DNA of 63,754 nucleotides, filler included, from Octopus bimaculoides (lineage: Eukaryota): assembly GCF_001194135.2 (NCBI RefSeq). It is 11 parts of 9 records of this genome, joined end to end, with 100 filler letters (N's around TTAATTAATTAA, not from the genome) between each part and the next. Parts side by side here need not be neighbours in the genome. Positions count along the whole stretch, not along the records: positions 1 to 4,654 come from NC_068984.1; positions 4,755 to 7,509 come from NC_068982.1; positions 7,610 to 11,995 come from NC_068990.1; positions 12,096 to 28,002 come from NC_068988.1; 7 more parts are not named here. One strand, 5' to 3'. Shown here piece after piece: positions 1 through 12,325 of this stretch (positions within the stretch are counted from its first letter, which is position 1; each line of letters opens with the position of its first letter). The notes below the pieces were generated by a model. The model worked only from the letters and a program-made list of their open reading frames with translations, did not search any database and was not told the DNA's origin. The translations under genes and the position numbers were made by a program.

Positions 1-21
1 GTTATTATCTCTGAAGAAGAG

Positions 22-111
<90 letters not shown>

Positions 112-216
112 CAGGTCACTGCTTGGAATCGAACTCGGAATCTTTTAGGGGCTAAAAGGAAATATCCTGAAATGTTTGCATTTCTTAAAAATGTACTCCA
201 TCTCATGCATCCCATG

Positions 217-505
217 CGTGTACTCCATCCCATGCAGCTGTGGTAGGTTATTCAAAGGCGAAACATGGCGCCCCCTCAAATAAGCGTAGACGAACATCGC
301 AAAGCTGTGATACGAGGAGATATTGAAAAATCGGATATAGCTGATCATGTATGGAAAAATGGAGACCACCTCCCACTGTGAGATGAAGTTAAAATAATAG
401 ACAGAGAACACCACTGAGGACACAACAACCTCCTAAGCAGACCAAGTGCAGATATGAATAGCATATGGGAACCGGTATTAAGGAAGGATAGGAGAATATT
501 ACTAA
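217..505 (+). mobile_element. Penelope-like element remnant, GIY-YIG endonuclease C-terminus (frameshifted, with stops)
   Basis: Manual translation across a frameshift gives VYSIPCSCGRLFKGETWRPLK / ISVDEHRKAVIRGDIEKSDIADHVWKNGDHLPL*DEVKIIDREHH, matching the PLE GIY-YIG pattern (YxIPCxC..YxGET.R.L..R..EH...S.IA.H). Confidence 0.85.
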
Positions 506-684
506 CCACAAGATTCCGAGTTCGATTCCAGGCAGTGGCCGGATAATAATAATAATAATAATTGATAATGATAATAACAACAGCATTGAAAAATACATTA
601 GGAATGGGAATCCAGGTTCGAAATTTCCCCAAGACACATGAAACATTGTGTTAACAACAAACAAGATGAGGACAAATATCCGTG
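501..684 (+). mobile_element. tRNA-headed SINE-like repeat (B-box, (AAT)n, PLE-like tail); inverted partial copy at 24-144
   Basis: GAGTTCGATTCC B-box. 510-543 is the reverse complement of 111-144. The tail (gaaatttccccaagacac...ttgtgttaacaac..caagatgaggac.aatatcc) is shared with the copy at 13119-13380. Confidence 0.75.
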
Positions 685-933
685 AAATGTAAATGATGTT
701 TGTATGTATGTTTGCATATATGCGAGTGTTTGTTTTTACACACACACACATACACGCACTCACACACACGCATACGCATACAAATACATACACACATACA
801 TATATGCTCACCTGAAGATGGGGGAAAATGCACAATAGCATTGAAACAATTGTTGTAATCTTTTTAGAAGAATTAAAAGCGGAAACAAGTGTAAAATTCC
901 CTTCAGGTATATTAAATATTTTTTATCTTACCT

Positions 934-999
<66 letters not shown>

Positions 1000-1288
1000 T
1001 ATGTTTATGTGCGTGAGTGTGGAAACAGGCTCAGATACACACGTAGCCACATGCACACAAACACGCACACATGTGCATACGTATTTTTATATTTTTCAGT
1101 TTCTTCCACGAGCTGCAAGTCTGTTAGGAGACAGTCTTGAAAATAATGCTATGTTTAATAACTCCCCAGTGGGAAGCGTACCTCACATATTCCGTTAATG
1201 AGATAGAGTGGCTCGCATCACTTTACAAGCAGCACAAACATCATAGATAAATACATGTGCATACATACATACACACATATACATACAT

Positions 1289-1319
<31 letters not shown>

Positions 1320-1354
1320 TACATACATACGTACATACATACATACACACACAC

Positions 1355-1431
<77 letters not shown>

Positions 1432-1766
1432 GTATGTAGACATGTATATATATATATAAGTATACTATTTAATAAGTATATATATATACATTTGTATATA
1501 AATATGTATATATACATACATGTATATATATATTCGAATATATATAAATATATATATATACATATATATGTATATATATGTTTGTATATATATGTATATG
1601 TATATGTTTGTATATATATATATATATGTATATATATGTACATATATATATGTATACATATATGTATATGTATATATTTACATACCTGTATGCATGTGTT
1701 TATATTTGTCTGTATAGTGGTGCACAGCTGTGTGCGTGTGTTCTTTGTGTGCTTTTGCTGTGTTAT

Positions 1767-1835
<69 letters not shown>

Positions 1836-2139
1836 TTTCTGTCTATAGTACCATATGGTAAATTATACAGATCATTATTATTAACGCCGTCTCCTAAAAG
1901 TAGACAGGATTTTCGGATTCGCATTTGCTACAAAAAACCTGCCAAATAACATCTGTTTGTTCTTTTCCTTCGGGTTTCTCTTTAAATGACTTTGGAAATT
2001 TTTAGAGGCAAAATATACGACATTTTGTTTCCAAAACACTGACAGCAGGAATATATTTACTTTATGCCCAATTATGGGAAGGATGGTGCCAGTAAGTGCT
2101 GTCAACTGTCACTGTCGTACCATTTTTATAAACGTGAGC

Positions 2140-2490
2140 ATACAAGGCTGTGTGGTTAAGGAATTCGTTTTGCTTGCACACAGTTAATGCGGGTTCAGTC
2201 CCACAGTGCGGAACCTTGACCATGTGCTTTCTACGATAGCCCGGTCTGTGCTTGTATGTTTGTGTATGCGTGTATGTCTGTGTGTGCGTATGTTTTTGTG
2301 AGTGTGTTTGTCCACCGCCACCGTTTGACAGCCGGTGTTGGTTTGTTTATGACACCATAACATTGCGGTTCTGCGAAAGAGAACCAACGGAATAAGCACC
2401 AAACTTCAGTAAAAATTCTAGACAAAGCCCTTTTCGGCAGTGCTCCAACATGGCCACAAACCAATTACTGAAACAATTGAAAAATAAAAG
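2140..2490 (+). mobile_element. tRNA-derived SINE, abundant family A variant
   Basis: Head gctgtgtggttaag...gggttcagtcccac, internal (TG)n, and 3' gcggttctgcgaaagagaacc...gtgctccaacatggcc shared with many copies in the window. Confidence 0.75.
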
Positions 2491-2982
2491 ACACAAATTG
2501 TGATCCGGACTGGATCAGAGCATAAAATCTTAATATAGAGTGGATCAAACCTCTGGTGATTACTGGTACCTTGTTTGCTGACATTTAAGAAATGATTGGC
2601 AGATTCCAGTTCATCTTGACCTTAAGTACCTCTGACAACCAAAGAACAAACCATTATGCTAAACGGGTGCAAATGTTTTCAGTTGCTGATGTTGAAGCAC
2701 CTTGAAAATTTCCTGCTCCTAAGCGCACAACATTTTCCCGGCAGCTTTCAGCGGCCATATTACTTTCAGCGGCCATATTACTTTCAGCAGTTTATGAAAG
2801 GCTTCCGTTTACACAGGAACATCCACTAATCGCCTAAGTTATTAACAAGACGTCTTTAAAACTATTAGAAGCAAGTAATGGAAAAATATTAAATATCAAA
2901 ATACCAGAAATAATAATTGTGCTTATAGTACACTATATTTACGTGTGTATATTCAATGTCTCTCCCCCCTCTCTCTCTCTTT

Positions 2983-3027
<45 letters not shown>

Positions 3028-3413
3028 NNNNNNNNNNNNNNNNNNNNNNNNNNNNNNNNNNNNNNNNNNNNNNNNNNNNNNNNNNNNNNNNNNNNNNNNN
3101 NNNNNNNNNNNNNNNNNNNNNNNNNNNNNNNNNNNNNNNNNNNNNNNNNNNNNNNNNNNNNNNNNNNNNNNNNNNNNNNNNNNNNNNNNNNNNNNNNNNN
3201 NNNNNNNNNNNNNNNNNNNNNNNNNNNNNNNNNNNNNNNNNNNNNNNNNNNNNNNNNNNNNNNNNNNNNNNNNNNNNNNNNNNNNNNNNNNNNNNNNNNN
3301 NNNNNNNNNNNNNNNNNNNNNNNNNNNNNNNNNNNNNNNNNNNNNNNNNNNNNNNNNNNNNNNNNNNNNNNNNNNNNNNNNNNNNNNNNNNNNNNNNNNN
3401 NNNNNNNNNNNNN

Positions 3414-3450
<37 letters not shown>

Positions 3451-3497
3451 AAGGAATACCAAAAATGGGACAAGAACGCAAAACATCCAGACAGGTA

Positions 3498-3631
3498 GAT
3501 GATACAAAAAAGGGACAACGAAACATCCAGACAGTCGGGTTCGGCTGAAGAAAGAAAACTCCCAATGACCCGTTCTTGTGTTTTTTGTATCGTCTGTCTG
3601 GATGTTTTGTTGTCCCTTTTTTTGTGTCATC
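3498..3631. repeat. Fold-back inverted repeat, arms of about 40 bp
   Basis: 3498-3537 (gatgatacaaaaaagggacaacgaaacatccagacagtcg) pairs with 3591-3631 (cgtctgtctggatgttttgttgtcccttttt..gtgtcatc) with a few mismatches. Confidence 0.8.
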
Positions 3632-4508
3632 TTTTATCTCTAAAAGACACTGTGCACAACGAAGCAACTAAAAGATTCGTCACACTTCTGTAATTTGGTC
3701 AATGACACAGTTCTACTATTGTCTTGGAAATTATTTCCTGGACAAATTTTATAAGGCTCGGAAAACAGTTCCGTTCTTTTAATTAATAATTTACGTTTAT
3801 TTTCCTAATTAGATTTTTATGTTTAAACATGTGAATTGCAGGTGTCACTTTGATATGATTTAGTTCCTTTATACTTGTCATTTTTTTTTTTTGTGAGTAA
3901 ATGATTTTATTTTTAAATATCATACGTAGTTGCTACCTGCGTGGTAGTAAAGACCACTTGAAAGCCAGGCGAAGGCGAAAATAAAACAAAAAAAATATAA
4001 AGGTAGGAGAAACAGCAGCATCAACAAATCCTTAAAAATAAAACGATAAGAAGATCAAGCATAATCTCATGAGGGAAACTGTTATGTTTTCAGTCTGTGT
4101 AAAGTTTAACAAGCAACAATAATTTGGATTCATAAGTTCTGTGGATAAAAAAAGCCAAACTTTTAATTATTTTACTTGCAAAAGGAGAACTGTCTTGAGT
4201 ATAAAATTTAAAGGAAAAATTACAAATATAAATATAGAATCTTTAAACTAGGAAAGAGACAGATAGACCAGGATTAGAGAAGGTATTAATGTAGTCGCAT
4301 GTGGTGACAAAAGGACTTTCACTAGCCCTTCTGATTGATTGATTGATTGGCCAAAAACATAATCAAACAATCGATTAGTTAACTGAATTTTAATAGACAG
4401 CAATGGTTTTTGTTTAAGAAGAGAAGCAAATTGTGGACACAATAATGTCGAGTGGCCGCCAGTGGCTTAAATATTTCTTACACAATAGCATTATACATAC
4501 ATATTTAA

Positions 4509-4547
<39 letters not shown>

Positions 4548-4698
4548 GTCTGTCTGTTTGTCTGTCTATATACATATATTTGTGCGTGTGTATGTGTGTG
4601 TATATATATTATTATATATATATATATATCTATATATATATATATATATATATANNNNNNNNNNNNNNNNNNNNNNNNNNNNNNNNNNNNNNNNNNNN

Positions 4699-4710
4699 TT
4701 AATTAATTAA
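4699..4710. other. Assembly scaffolding linker TTAATTAATTAA inside N gaps (also 7554, 12040, 28047, 34018, 50722, 56395, 58904, 60183, 62506)
   Basis: An identical 12-mer, with stops in all six frames, sits centred in N runs ten times. It is a technical insert, not biology. Confidence 0.95.
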
Positions 4711-5230
4711 NNNNNNNNNNNNNNNNNNNNNNNNNNNNNNNNNNNNNNNNNNNNGGGTGTGTACATATGTGTGCGTCTGTGTGTGTATGTATGTGTGCAT
4801 ATGTGTGTGTGCGTGGGAGTGTTTTTTGTGAGTGTGGGAGTGTGTGTGTACGTGAGTGTGTGTGTGTCTCTCTCTGTCTGAGTGAGTGTGTTGTTTTAAA
4901 TACCCTTGTGGTGTGTGTGTGTGTGTGTAAGCAACCGTATGTGTGTCTGATGGTTCATATGTATGTGTATGTCTGTATGTGTACGTACGTCTATTTGTGT
5001 TGTGTGTTGGTGGAGGTGTTATGTGTGTGTACGTGAGTTTGTGTGTGTCTCTAAGTATGTTTGTGTTTGAATTGTCATTGTGGTTTGTGTGTGTGAGAGA
5101 GCAACTGTATGTGTGTGCATGAGGGTGCATATATATTTATACATACATATATATATATTTTGCTTGGTTCAGCCGATGGACTGCGCCTGGCCATGCTGTG
5201 GTACTCTCCTTGAATGGTAAAGTAAAAAAA

Positions 5231-5270
<40 letters not shown>

Positions 5271-6171
5271 CATACACCTGGTGCTGCAGAATGCGCTCTG
5301 TGTCAGCAGACAAATGAGCATTACTATGATTTCGATAACTTCCAAGCATCAATCTCGGCGGCAGTATCGAGCTCATTAATGCTATTTATTTTTGTATTTG
5401 TTTCTACATTTTATTTATCTATTCTCCCCCTATTTAATACCCTTCTTTACTTGCCGCAATGTAAGCCTTCATGTCACCAAACTACATGTTCTGTAGCCGT
5501 TACAGCAATATTTGGCTTTACTGAAGATTTGCTTTTTATTCGCAGAGGTAGTATTTAGCATACTTCTGCTCTATCTGTCACGAAACATTTTTTGCTTCCT
5601 TTTCCAGTGCTTGAAGCACAGCTTTGCTATTCTTCCCCAGTCCAGTACCATAAGACAGTCGGTCTTGCTACAGACCTACGACAAGGCTCCTGCCATGGTA
5701 AAACAATGCTATGTCTTCCTCAGAAAATATGATAATATACAAAAGGCCTTTTGCCAACAACTTGCACATGCAAGTGTTACCAGTCAAAAGCTCCGCATAC
5801 TGGAAGCCAGCGAGTGTATGAGGTCATCAGGGGAGAATGCGCGCTGTTTCGGGGCCTACCTCTCGACAGCATCGTTGCGCACCGGTCTCCCTCACAGACG
5901 TGAGGCCCCGCTTGCTAGGTCACCTGCTTATCAGATATAGATCCAATATTCATCTAGCCATCGCTCATGGTCCCTTTTTAACCAAATCCAGTGGCTAGCC
6001 TTCTCCACTGTAGTTTGGATATCACCCATGGTGGTATTTGCTTTACGATGAGTTAGGCCTAACGATAACAGCAGTCGTCTCACACTCCTATATAGACATC
6101 TGTATACTTATATAATTATGTCTTCATCTTTCTACGCATTCAAATATGACTGAATGTACGAGTATAGATCA

Positions 6172-6220
<49 letters not shown>

Positions 6221-6264
6221 AAGATAGATAGAAATGTGTGTGAATACATATATATACATGTATG

Positions 6265-6307
<43 letters not shown>

Positions 6308-6416
6308 GTATGNNNNNNNNNNNNNNNNNNNNNNNNNNNNNNNNNNNNNNNNNNNNNNNNNNNNNNNNNNNNNNNNNNNNNNNNNNNNNNNNNNNNNNNN
6401 NNNNNNNNNNNNNNNN

Positions 6417-6463
<47 letters not shown>

Positions 6464-6466
6464 GTA

Positions 6467-6508
<42 letters not shown>

Positions 6509-6926
6509 TATATATATACATGTGTTTATATATGTATAAATGTATTTCTGTATATATATTTATGTGTGCATACATATATATATATATATGTATGTATGTG
6601 TATATATATGTATTCGTATGTATATTTATATATATTTATGTATACATATAAGTACATATATATGTATCAGAATGTATACAAGTATATATATATATATATA
6701 TGTATTAGAATGTATGTAAGTATATATATGTGCGTGTGTGTGTATACATACACACATATACATGCACTTGTGTGTATGCGTGCGTGTGTTTGTGTTTATG
6801 TATGTATGTATGTATGTATAATGGAAAAAGAAACACAGTGAAAGGATGATTGAGTGCGAGATACACTTAAACAAGGTAAGATAAAAGAGAAGTGGTTACG
6901 AATGAAAAGAAACAAACAAACGAAAA

Positions 6927-7047
<121 letters not shown>

Positions 7048-7384
7048 TGTTAAACTATTTTCACGAGTTTTACATAACAGATAGAAAATGGCAAAAGAAT
7101 CTGCCTGGTTTTTGAATACTTCCATCTGTGTTGGTGGCCGTTTGTCATTTGATCCTGTTATCTCATCTGTTGAAGGCGGAATTAATATCACGGATGTGTT
7201 TCGTTGGTGGTGGGAGATGAGGTGTGGTGTAATGACGAGAGTGCTTAAGGTGGGTTTGGTGGTGTTGGTGTTGGTGGTGATGTTGGTGGTGGTGGCGGTA
7301 ATGTGTAACTATAGAATTAGATGTCAGGATGGCAATATAATATGCAGGTTGATTTGTGGGCAAGTAAGAGAAACGTAGGAAGAG

Positions 7385-7424
<40 letters not shown>

Positions 7425-7609
7425 CATTTCTTTTATTAGCCACACAGGGCTCAACGAAGATGGGACAAATACAATGTAGAGCTTTTCTTTTTGGGAGGGG
7501 GAAGGAAGGNNNNNNNNNNNNNNNNNNNNNNNNNNNNNNNNNNNNNNNNNNNNTTAATTAATTAANNNNNNNNNNNNNNNNNNNNNNNNNNNNNNNNNNN
7601 NNNNNNNNN

Positions 7610-7659
<50 letters not shown>

Positions 7660-8976
7660 GGTTATACAGGCAACGATTTGCTTCTGCTCATGAGATCCTC
7701 AGTAACGATGTTTTAAACTGTACCCGTGTGTAAGTGTATGTATGTGAGTGCACATGTATATATGTTTGTATGTATGTGTGTATGGATGTATATGTGTGTG
7801 TGTGTGTGTCTGCGTGTCGGCGCGCGCGAATTTTTGTTAATCTAGTCGTAGGTGTGGCCGTGTGATTAGAAGCTTGCTTCCCAAAAAGTGAGAAAATTAT
7901 ACTGGTCAAAAGCTTGGTCATTTGAGAGGATTATGCTCCGCCGATGAGTTCTAATAATCCTTTCTATTATAGGCAAAAGGCCTGAAATTTTGGGAGAGGG
8001 GACCAGTCGATTACATCAACACCATTCTCGTCAGATGACCGTCAGATGACCGCATAGACTTCGAACATAAAGGATAAAAGCACTGCTTTAACATATTCAC
8101 ATCAATAATGGAACTCGAAATATTTACATTGTTTCTGTTGCCATATCTCAGGCAGAACATGCATANNNNNNNNNNNNNNNNNNNNNNNNNNNNNNNNNNN
8201 NNNNNNNNNNNNNNNNNNNNNNNNNNNNNNNNNNNNNNNNNNNNNNNNNNNNNNNNNNNNNNNNNNNNNNNNNNNNNNNNNNNNNNNNNNNNNNNNNNNN
8301 NNNNNNNNNNNNNNNNNNNNNNNNNNNNNNNNNNNNNNNNNNNNNNNNNNNNNNNNNNNNNNNNNNNNNNNNNNNNNNNNNNNNNNNNNNNNNNNNNNNN
8401 NNNNNNNNNNNNNNNNNNNNNNNNNNNNNNNNNNNNNNNNNNNNNNNNNNNNNNNNNNNNNNNNNNNNNNNNNNNNNNNNNNNNNNNNNNNNNNNNNNNN
8501 NNNNNNNNNNNNNNNNNNNNNNNNNNNNNNNNNNNNNNNNNNNNNNNNNNNNNNNNNNNNNNNNNNNNNNNNNNNNNNNNNNNNNNNNNNNNNNNNNNNN
8601 NNNNNNNNNNNNNNNNNNNNNNNNNNNNNNNNNNNNNNNNNNNNNNNNNNNNNNNNNNNNNNNNNNNNNNNNNNNNNNNNNNNNNNNNNNNNNNNNNNNN
8701 NNNNNNNNNNNNNNNNNNNNNNNNNNNNNNNNNNNNNNNNNNNNNNNNNNNNNNNNNNNNNNNNNNNNNNNNNNNNNNNNNNNNNNNNNNNNNNNNNNNN
8801 NNNNNNNNNNNNNNNNNNNNNNNNNNNNNNNNNNNNNNNNNNNNNNNNNNNNNNNNNNNNNNNNNNNNNNNNNNNNNNNNNNNNNNNNNNNNNNNNNNNN
8901 NNNNNNNNNNNNNNNNNNNNNNNNNNNNNNNNNNNNNNNNNNNNNNNNNNNNNNNNNNNNNNNNNNNNNNNNNNNN

Positions 8977-9007
<31 letters not shown>

Positions 9008-9050
9008 TATACATATATATATATACGTGTGTATGTGTGTGCATGCGTGT

Positions 9051-9244
9051 ACGGCGGGCTTTTTCCAGTTTATGTCTGCCAAATCCACTCAGGTTTTGGT
9101 TAGCCCGAGGCTATAGTAGAAGACACTTTCCCAAAGTGCCACGCAGTGGGACTGAACCCGGAACCATGTGATTGGGAAGTTAGCTTCTTACCACATAGCC
9201 ACGCCTATATATATACATATAAATGTATATTCATATATATCTAC

Positions 9245-9285
<41 letters not shown>

Positions 9286-9750
9286 CGGTAACGCGTTTGC
9301 TACCCAACCACATGGTCCACTGTTCAGTCCCACAACGTGGCATAGCATATTGTACAAGTATCTCCTACAATAGCCCCGAGCCGACCAAAGCCTCATGAGT
9401 GGATTTAGGAGACGGAATCTGAAAGAAGGCCGTAGTGTGTATATATGTGTGTGTGTGCGCGCGCGCGCGCGCGTGTATGTGTGGCTGTGTGTGTAGGAAA
9501 AATCTAATTGCCACTGAATGTAGCCAATGTACCCACATTGCTAGAAATAAGAGCTAAAAGCTCTTTATCTCTTAAGAAGAGAGCAATATATATATACATA
9601 TATATATTAGCGGTTCAGTAAAAGAGACGGATAGAATAAATAAGTACTAGGCTTACAAAGAATAAGTCCTGGGGTCGATTTGTTCGACTAAAGGTGGTGC
9701 TCCAGCATGGCCGCAGTCAAATGACTCAAACACGTAAAAGAATAAAAGAA
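9051..9750. mobile_element. Cluster of family-A SINE fragments (9051-9207 minus; 9283-9440 and 9605-9750 plus)
   Basis: Shared motifs ccaaatccactc..cccgaggctatagtagaagacac..gtgccacgcagtgggactgaacccggaaccatgtg, and the 3' half gatagaataagtactaggcttacaaagaataagtcctggggtcg. Confidence 0.85.
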
Positions 9751-9805
9751 TATATATATATACATACTCTGACAGGGAAGGTAACCACCCCATGTCCGTC
9801 TTTAG

Positions 9806-9859
9806 AATCACTAGACTAGACTAGTTTCGTCTATTTTCTAGGCATCATCAGTAGTGATT
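9806..9859 (-). ncRNA. Minimal type-I hammerhead ribozyme motif (PLE-type)
   Basis: Minus strand reads AATCACTA-CTGATGA-T-GCCTAGAAAATAGAC-GAA-ACTAG-T-CTAGT-C-TAGTGATT: perfect 8-bp stem I, intact core, stem II with one mismatch, palindromic stem III and a GUC cleavage triplet. Confidence 0.75.
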
Positions 9860-9978
9860 ACTCAAACGATCGATGGTTTTGCTTAATTCCTTCTGCCAGT
9901 ATATATATTTCTACCATAAAAATTTATGGTTAATTTAGCGAAACCCTAATGCGCATACCAAAAATTATTATAGACGGT

Positions 9979-10118
9979 TAGGTGCAATGTAATACCATAA
10001 AGGAAAAATTATATTAATTTATATTGATTTCTTGTTAATATTAATTTAGGCGTTTCGGCACCCTCAGTCACATTTAGTGACGATTAAATTTTTCCTTTAT
10101 GGTATTACATTGCGCCTA
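9979..10118. repeat. 32-bp inverted repeat (fold-back) next to the hammerhead
   Basis: taggtgcaatgtaataccataaaggaaaaatt (9979-10010) versus aatttttcctttatggtattacattgcgccta (10087-10118), one mismatch. Confidence 0.85.
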
Positions 10119-10147
10119 GCTGTTTATATTGATTATATATATATATA

Positions 10148-10380
10148 TTCTGTTATTTGTTTCAGCCATATGACTGCAGCCATGCTGGAGCACCGCCTTT
10201 AGTCGAACAAATCGACCCCAGGGCTTATTACTCGGGAGTCTAGTACTCATCCTATCGATGTCTTTTGCAGAACCGCTAAGTTACGGGGATGTGAACACAC
10301 CAACATCGGTTGTCAAGCGATGATGGGGGACAAACACAAACACACAAACATATGCACACATATACGCATACATACATACA

Positions 10381-10419
<39 letters not shown>

Positions 10420-10583
10420 GACAGGCTTCTTTCAGTTTCCGTCTACCAGATCCATTCACAAGGCTTTAGTCGGTCCGTGGCTGTAATAGAAAACGCTTGC
10501 CCAAGGTGCCACGCAGTAGGACTGAATTTGGAACCATGTGGTTGGTAAGCAAGCTACTTACCACACACCCATGTGCCTGCGCC
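10148..10583 (-). mobile_element. Full-length family-A tRNA-derived SINE (CORE-like segment)
   Basis: Minus strand: ggcgcaggcac..gtgtggtaagtagcttgcttaccaaccacatggttcc..cagtcctactgcgtggcaccttgggcaag head, internal TA/CA repeat, and conserved 3' half. The CORE assignment is from recalled similarity only. Confidence 0.9.
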
Positions 10584-10717
10584 TATATATATAAACCACG
10601 TGAGTATGTATAGATATATACATATATATATATAGATATATACATATATATATATATAGATATATACACACGCACGCACACACACGGGCACACGCATACA
10701 CACATACACACACACAG

Positions 10718-10800
<83 letters not shown>

Positions 10801-11872
10801 TACATATGCATGTACACATATTGGTTTCTTTAGCAAATAACAGAGAGACCAGAACGAAAGCGTAACTGGTTTTTTGCTACTTTCATAGCTATCACTCTAT
10901 CGTCTGCAGGATAAGGCGTGGGGTGTATATATAATTTTATGTAATACACATCACGGCTAGAAACACGTATGCATGCCTATGGAAATGACATATCGAAAAT
11001 GTATATTTATTTTAATGTATGTACGTTGATTAATACAACACATTATTCCGTTTCATCTGTTTCATCTATGTATAAGTATGTATGTACGTATGTACGTATG
11101 TATGTATGTATGTATGTATGTATGTATGCCTCTATGTATCTATGTATCTATGTATCATACATGTATGCATATCTGTATGTAAGCATGCACGTATGTATGC
11201 GTACATGTATCATATACATATATATTGTATAATATATTTATTCACAGACACACATACAAACGCTCACACATACAGACGCACACGCATGCACGCGCGCGCG
11301 CATATGGTCGCGCACAAATACACGCATTCAAATTGTGAATGATGAACGAGTAAATGTCCATACACACNNNNNNNNNNATATATTATATATTGTACAAAAT
11401 ATATGTGTGTGTATGAGTATTCGCATGTGTGCGTGTGTCTGTGAATAAATATATTACACAATATACATATATATTGTATAATATATTTATTCACAGACAC
11501 ACATACAAACGCTCACACATACAGACGCACACGCATGCACGCGCGCGCGCATATGGTCGCGCACAAATACACGCATTCAAATTGTGAATGATGAACGAGT
11601 AAATGTCCATACACACACACTTTCTCATACGCGTAGTCTGCAACTGTCTTCCAATCATATATCCATATACTTCACTACATACTCATGCATTAAACTATGT
11701 GCATGTGCATATGTATATGCGTATATGTGTATGTGTATATATGTATATATCTGTGTGTGTGTGTGCTTCTATGTGCATATATGCATGTGTGTGTGTGTGT
11801 GTGTGTGTGTGTATCTATCTATCTGTCGAACTGTCTGTCTATCTGTCTGTCTATTTATCTGTCTATCTATCC

Positions 11873-11918
<46 letters not shown>

Positions 11919-11929
11919 ACATACATACA

Positions 11930-11965
<36 letters not shown>

Positions 11966-12095
11966 TATATGTATGTATATATATATGTATGTATANNNNN
12001 NNNNNNNNNNNNNNNNNNNNNNNNNNNNNNNNNNNNNNNTTAATTAATTAANNNNNNNNNNNNNNNNNNNNNNNNNNNNNNNNNNNNNNNNNNNN

Positions 12096-12131
<36 letters not shown>

Positions 12132-12325
12132 TATGTATGCATGTGTGTACGTATGAACACATGAAATTGACGTAAAGGACTAGCATTCCTGTTCATTTTC
12201 CTACTTTAACTATTAAATGTTTATAAATCAGTAGATGTTAACAAACATATTTCTCAATCGATTTATACATATCGAATATTAAAGCGGAGAAAGTGTCGGA
12301 AAAAGCATTTCTATTCACCTGTCAG

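Noticed and set aside
786-860. Hammerhead-like CTGAAGA..GAAACAATTGT (also 60450-60490)
   Set aside because: Stem I and stem II do not pair adequately; these are at most decayed relics.
1871-2091. AG/GT-bounded segment as an exon
   Set aside because: All three frames contain stops and none gives a recognisable or repeated motif.
5820-5870. Type-II hammerhead from GAAAC..CTGATGA on the minus strand
   Set aside because: No stem II pairing is possible.
11211-11617. Exact ~157-bp tandem duplication
   Set aside because: Identical copies flank a short N gap, which points to an unmerged contig overlap. The same applies to 48861-49320 and probably 43185-43420.
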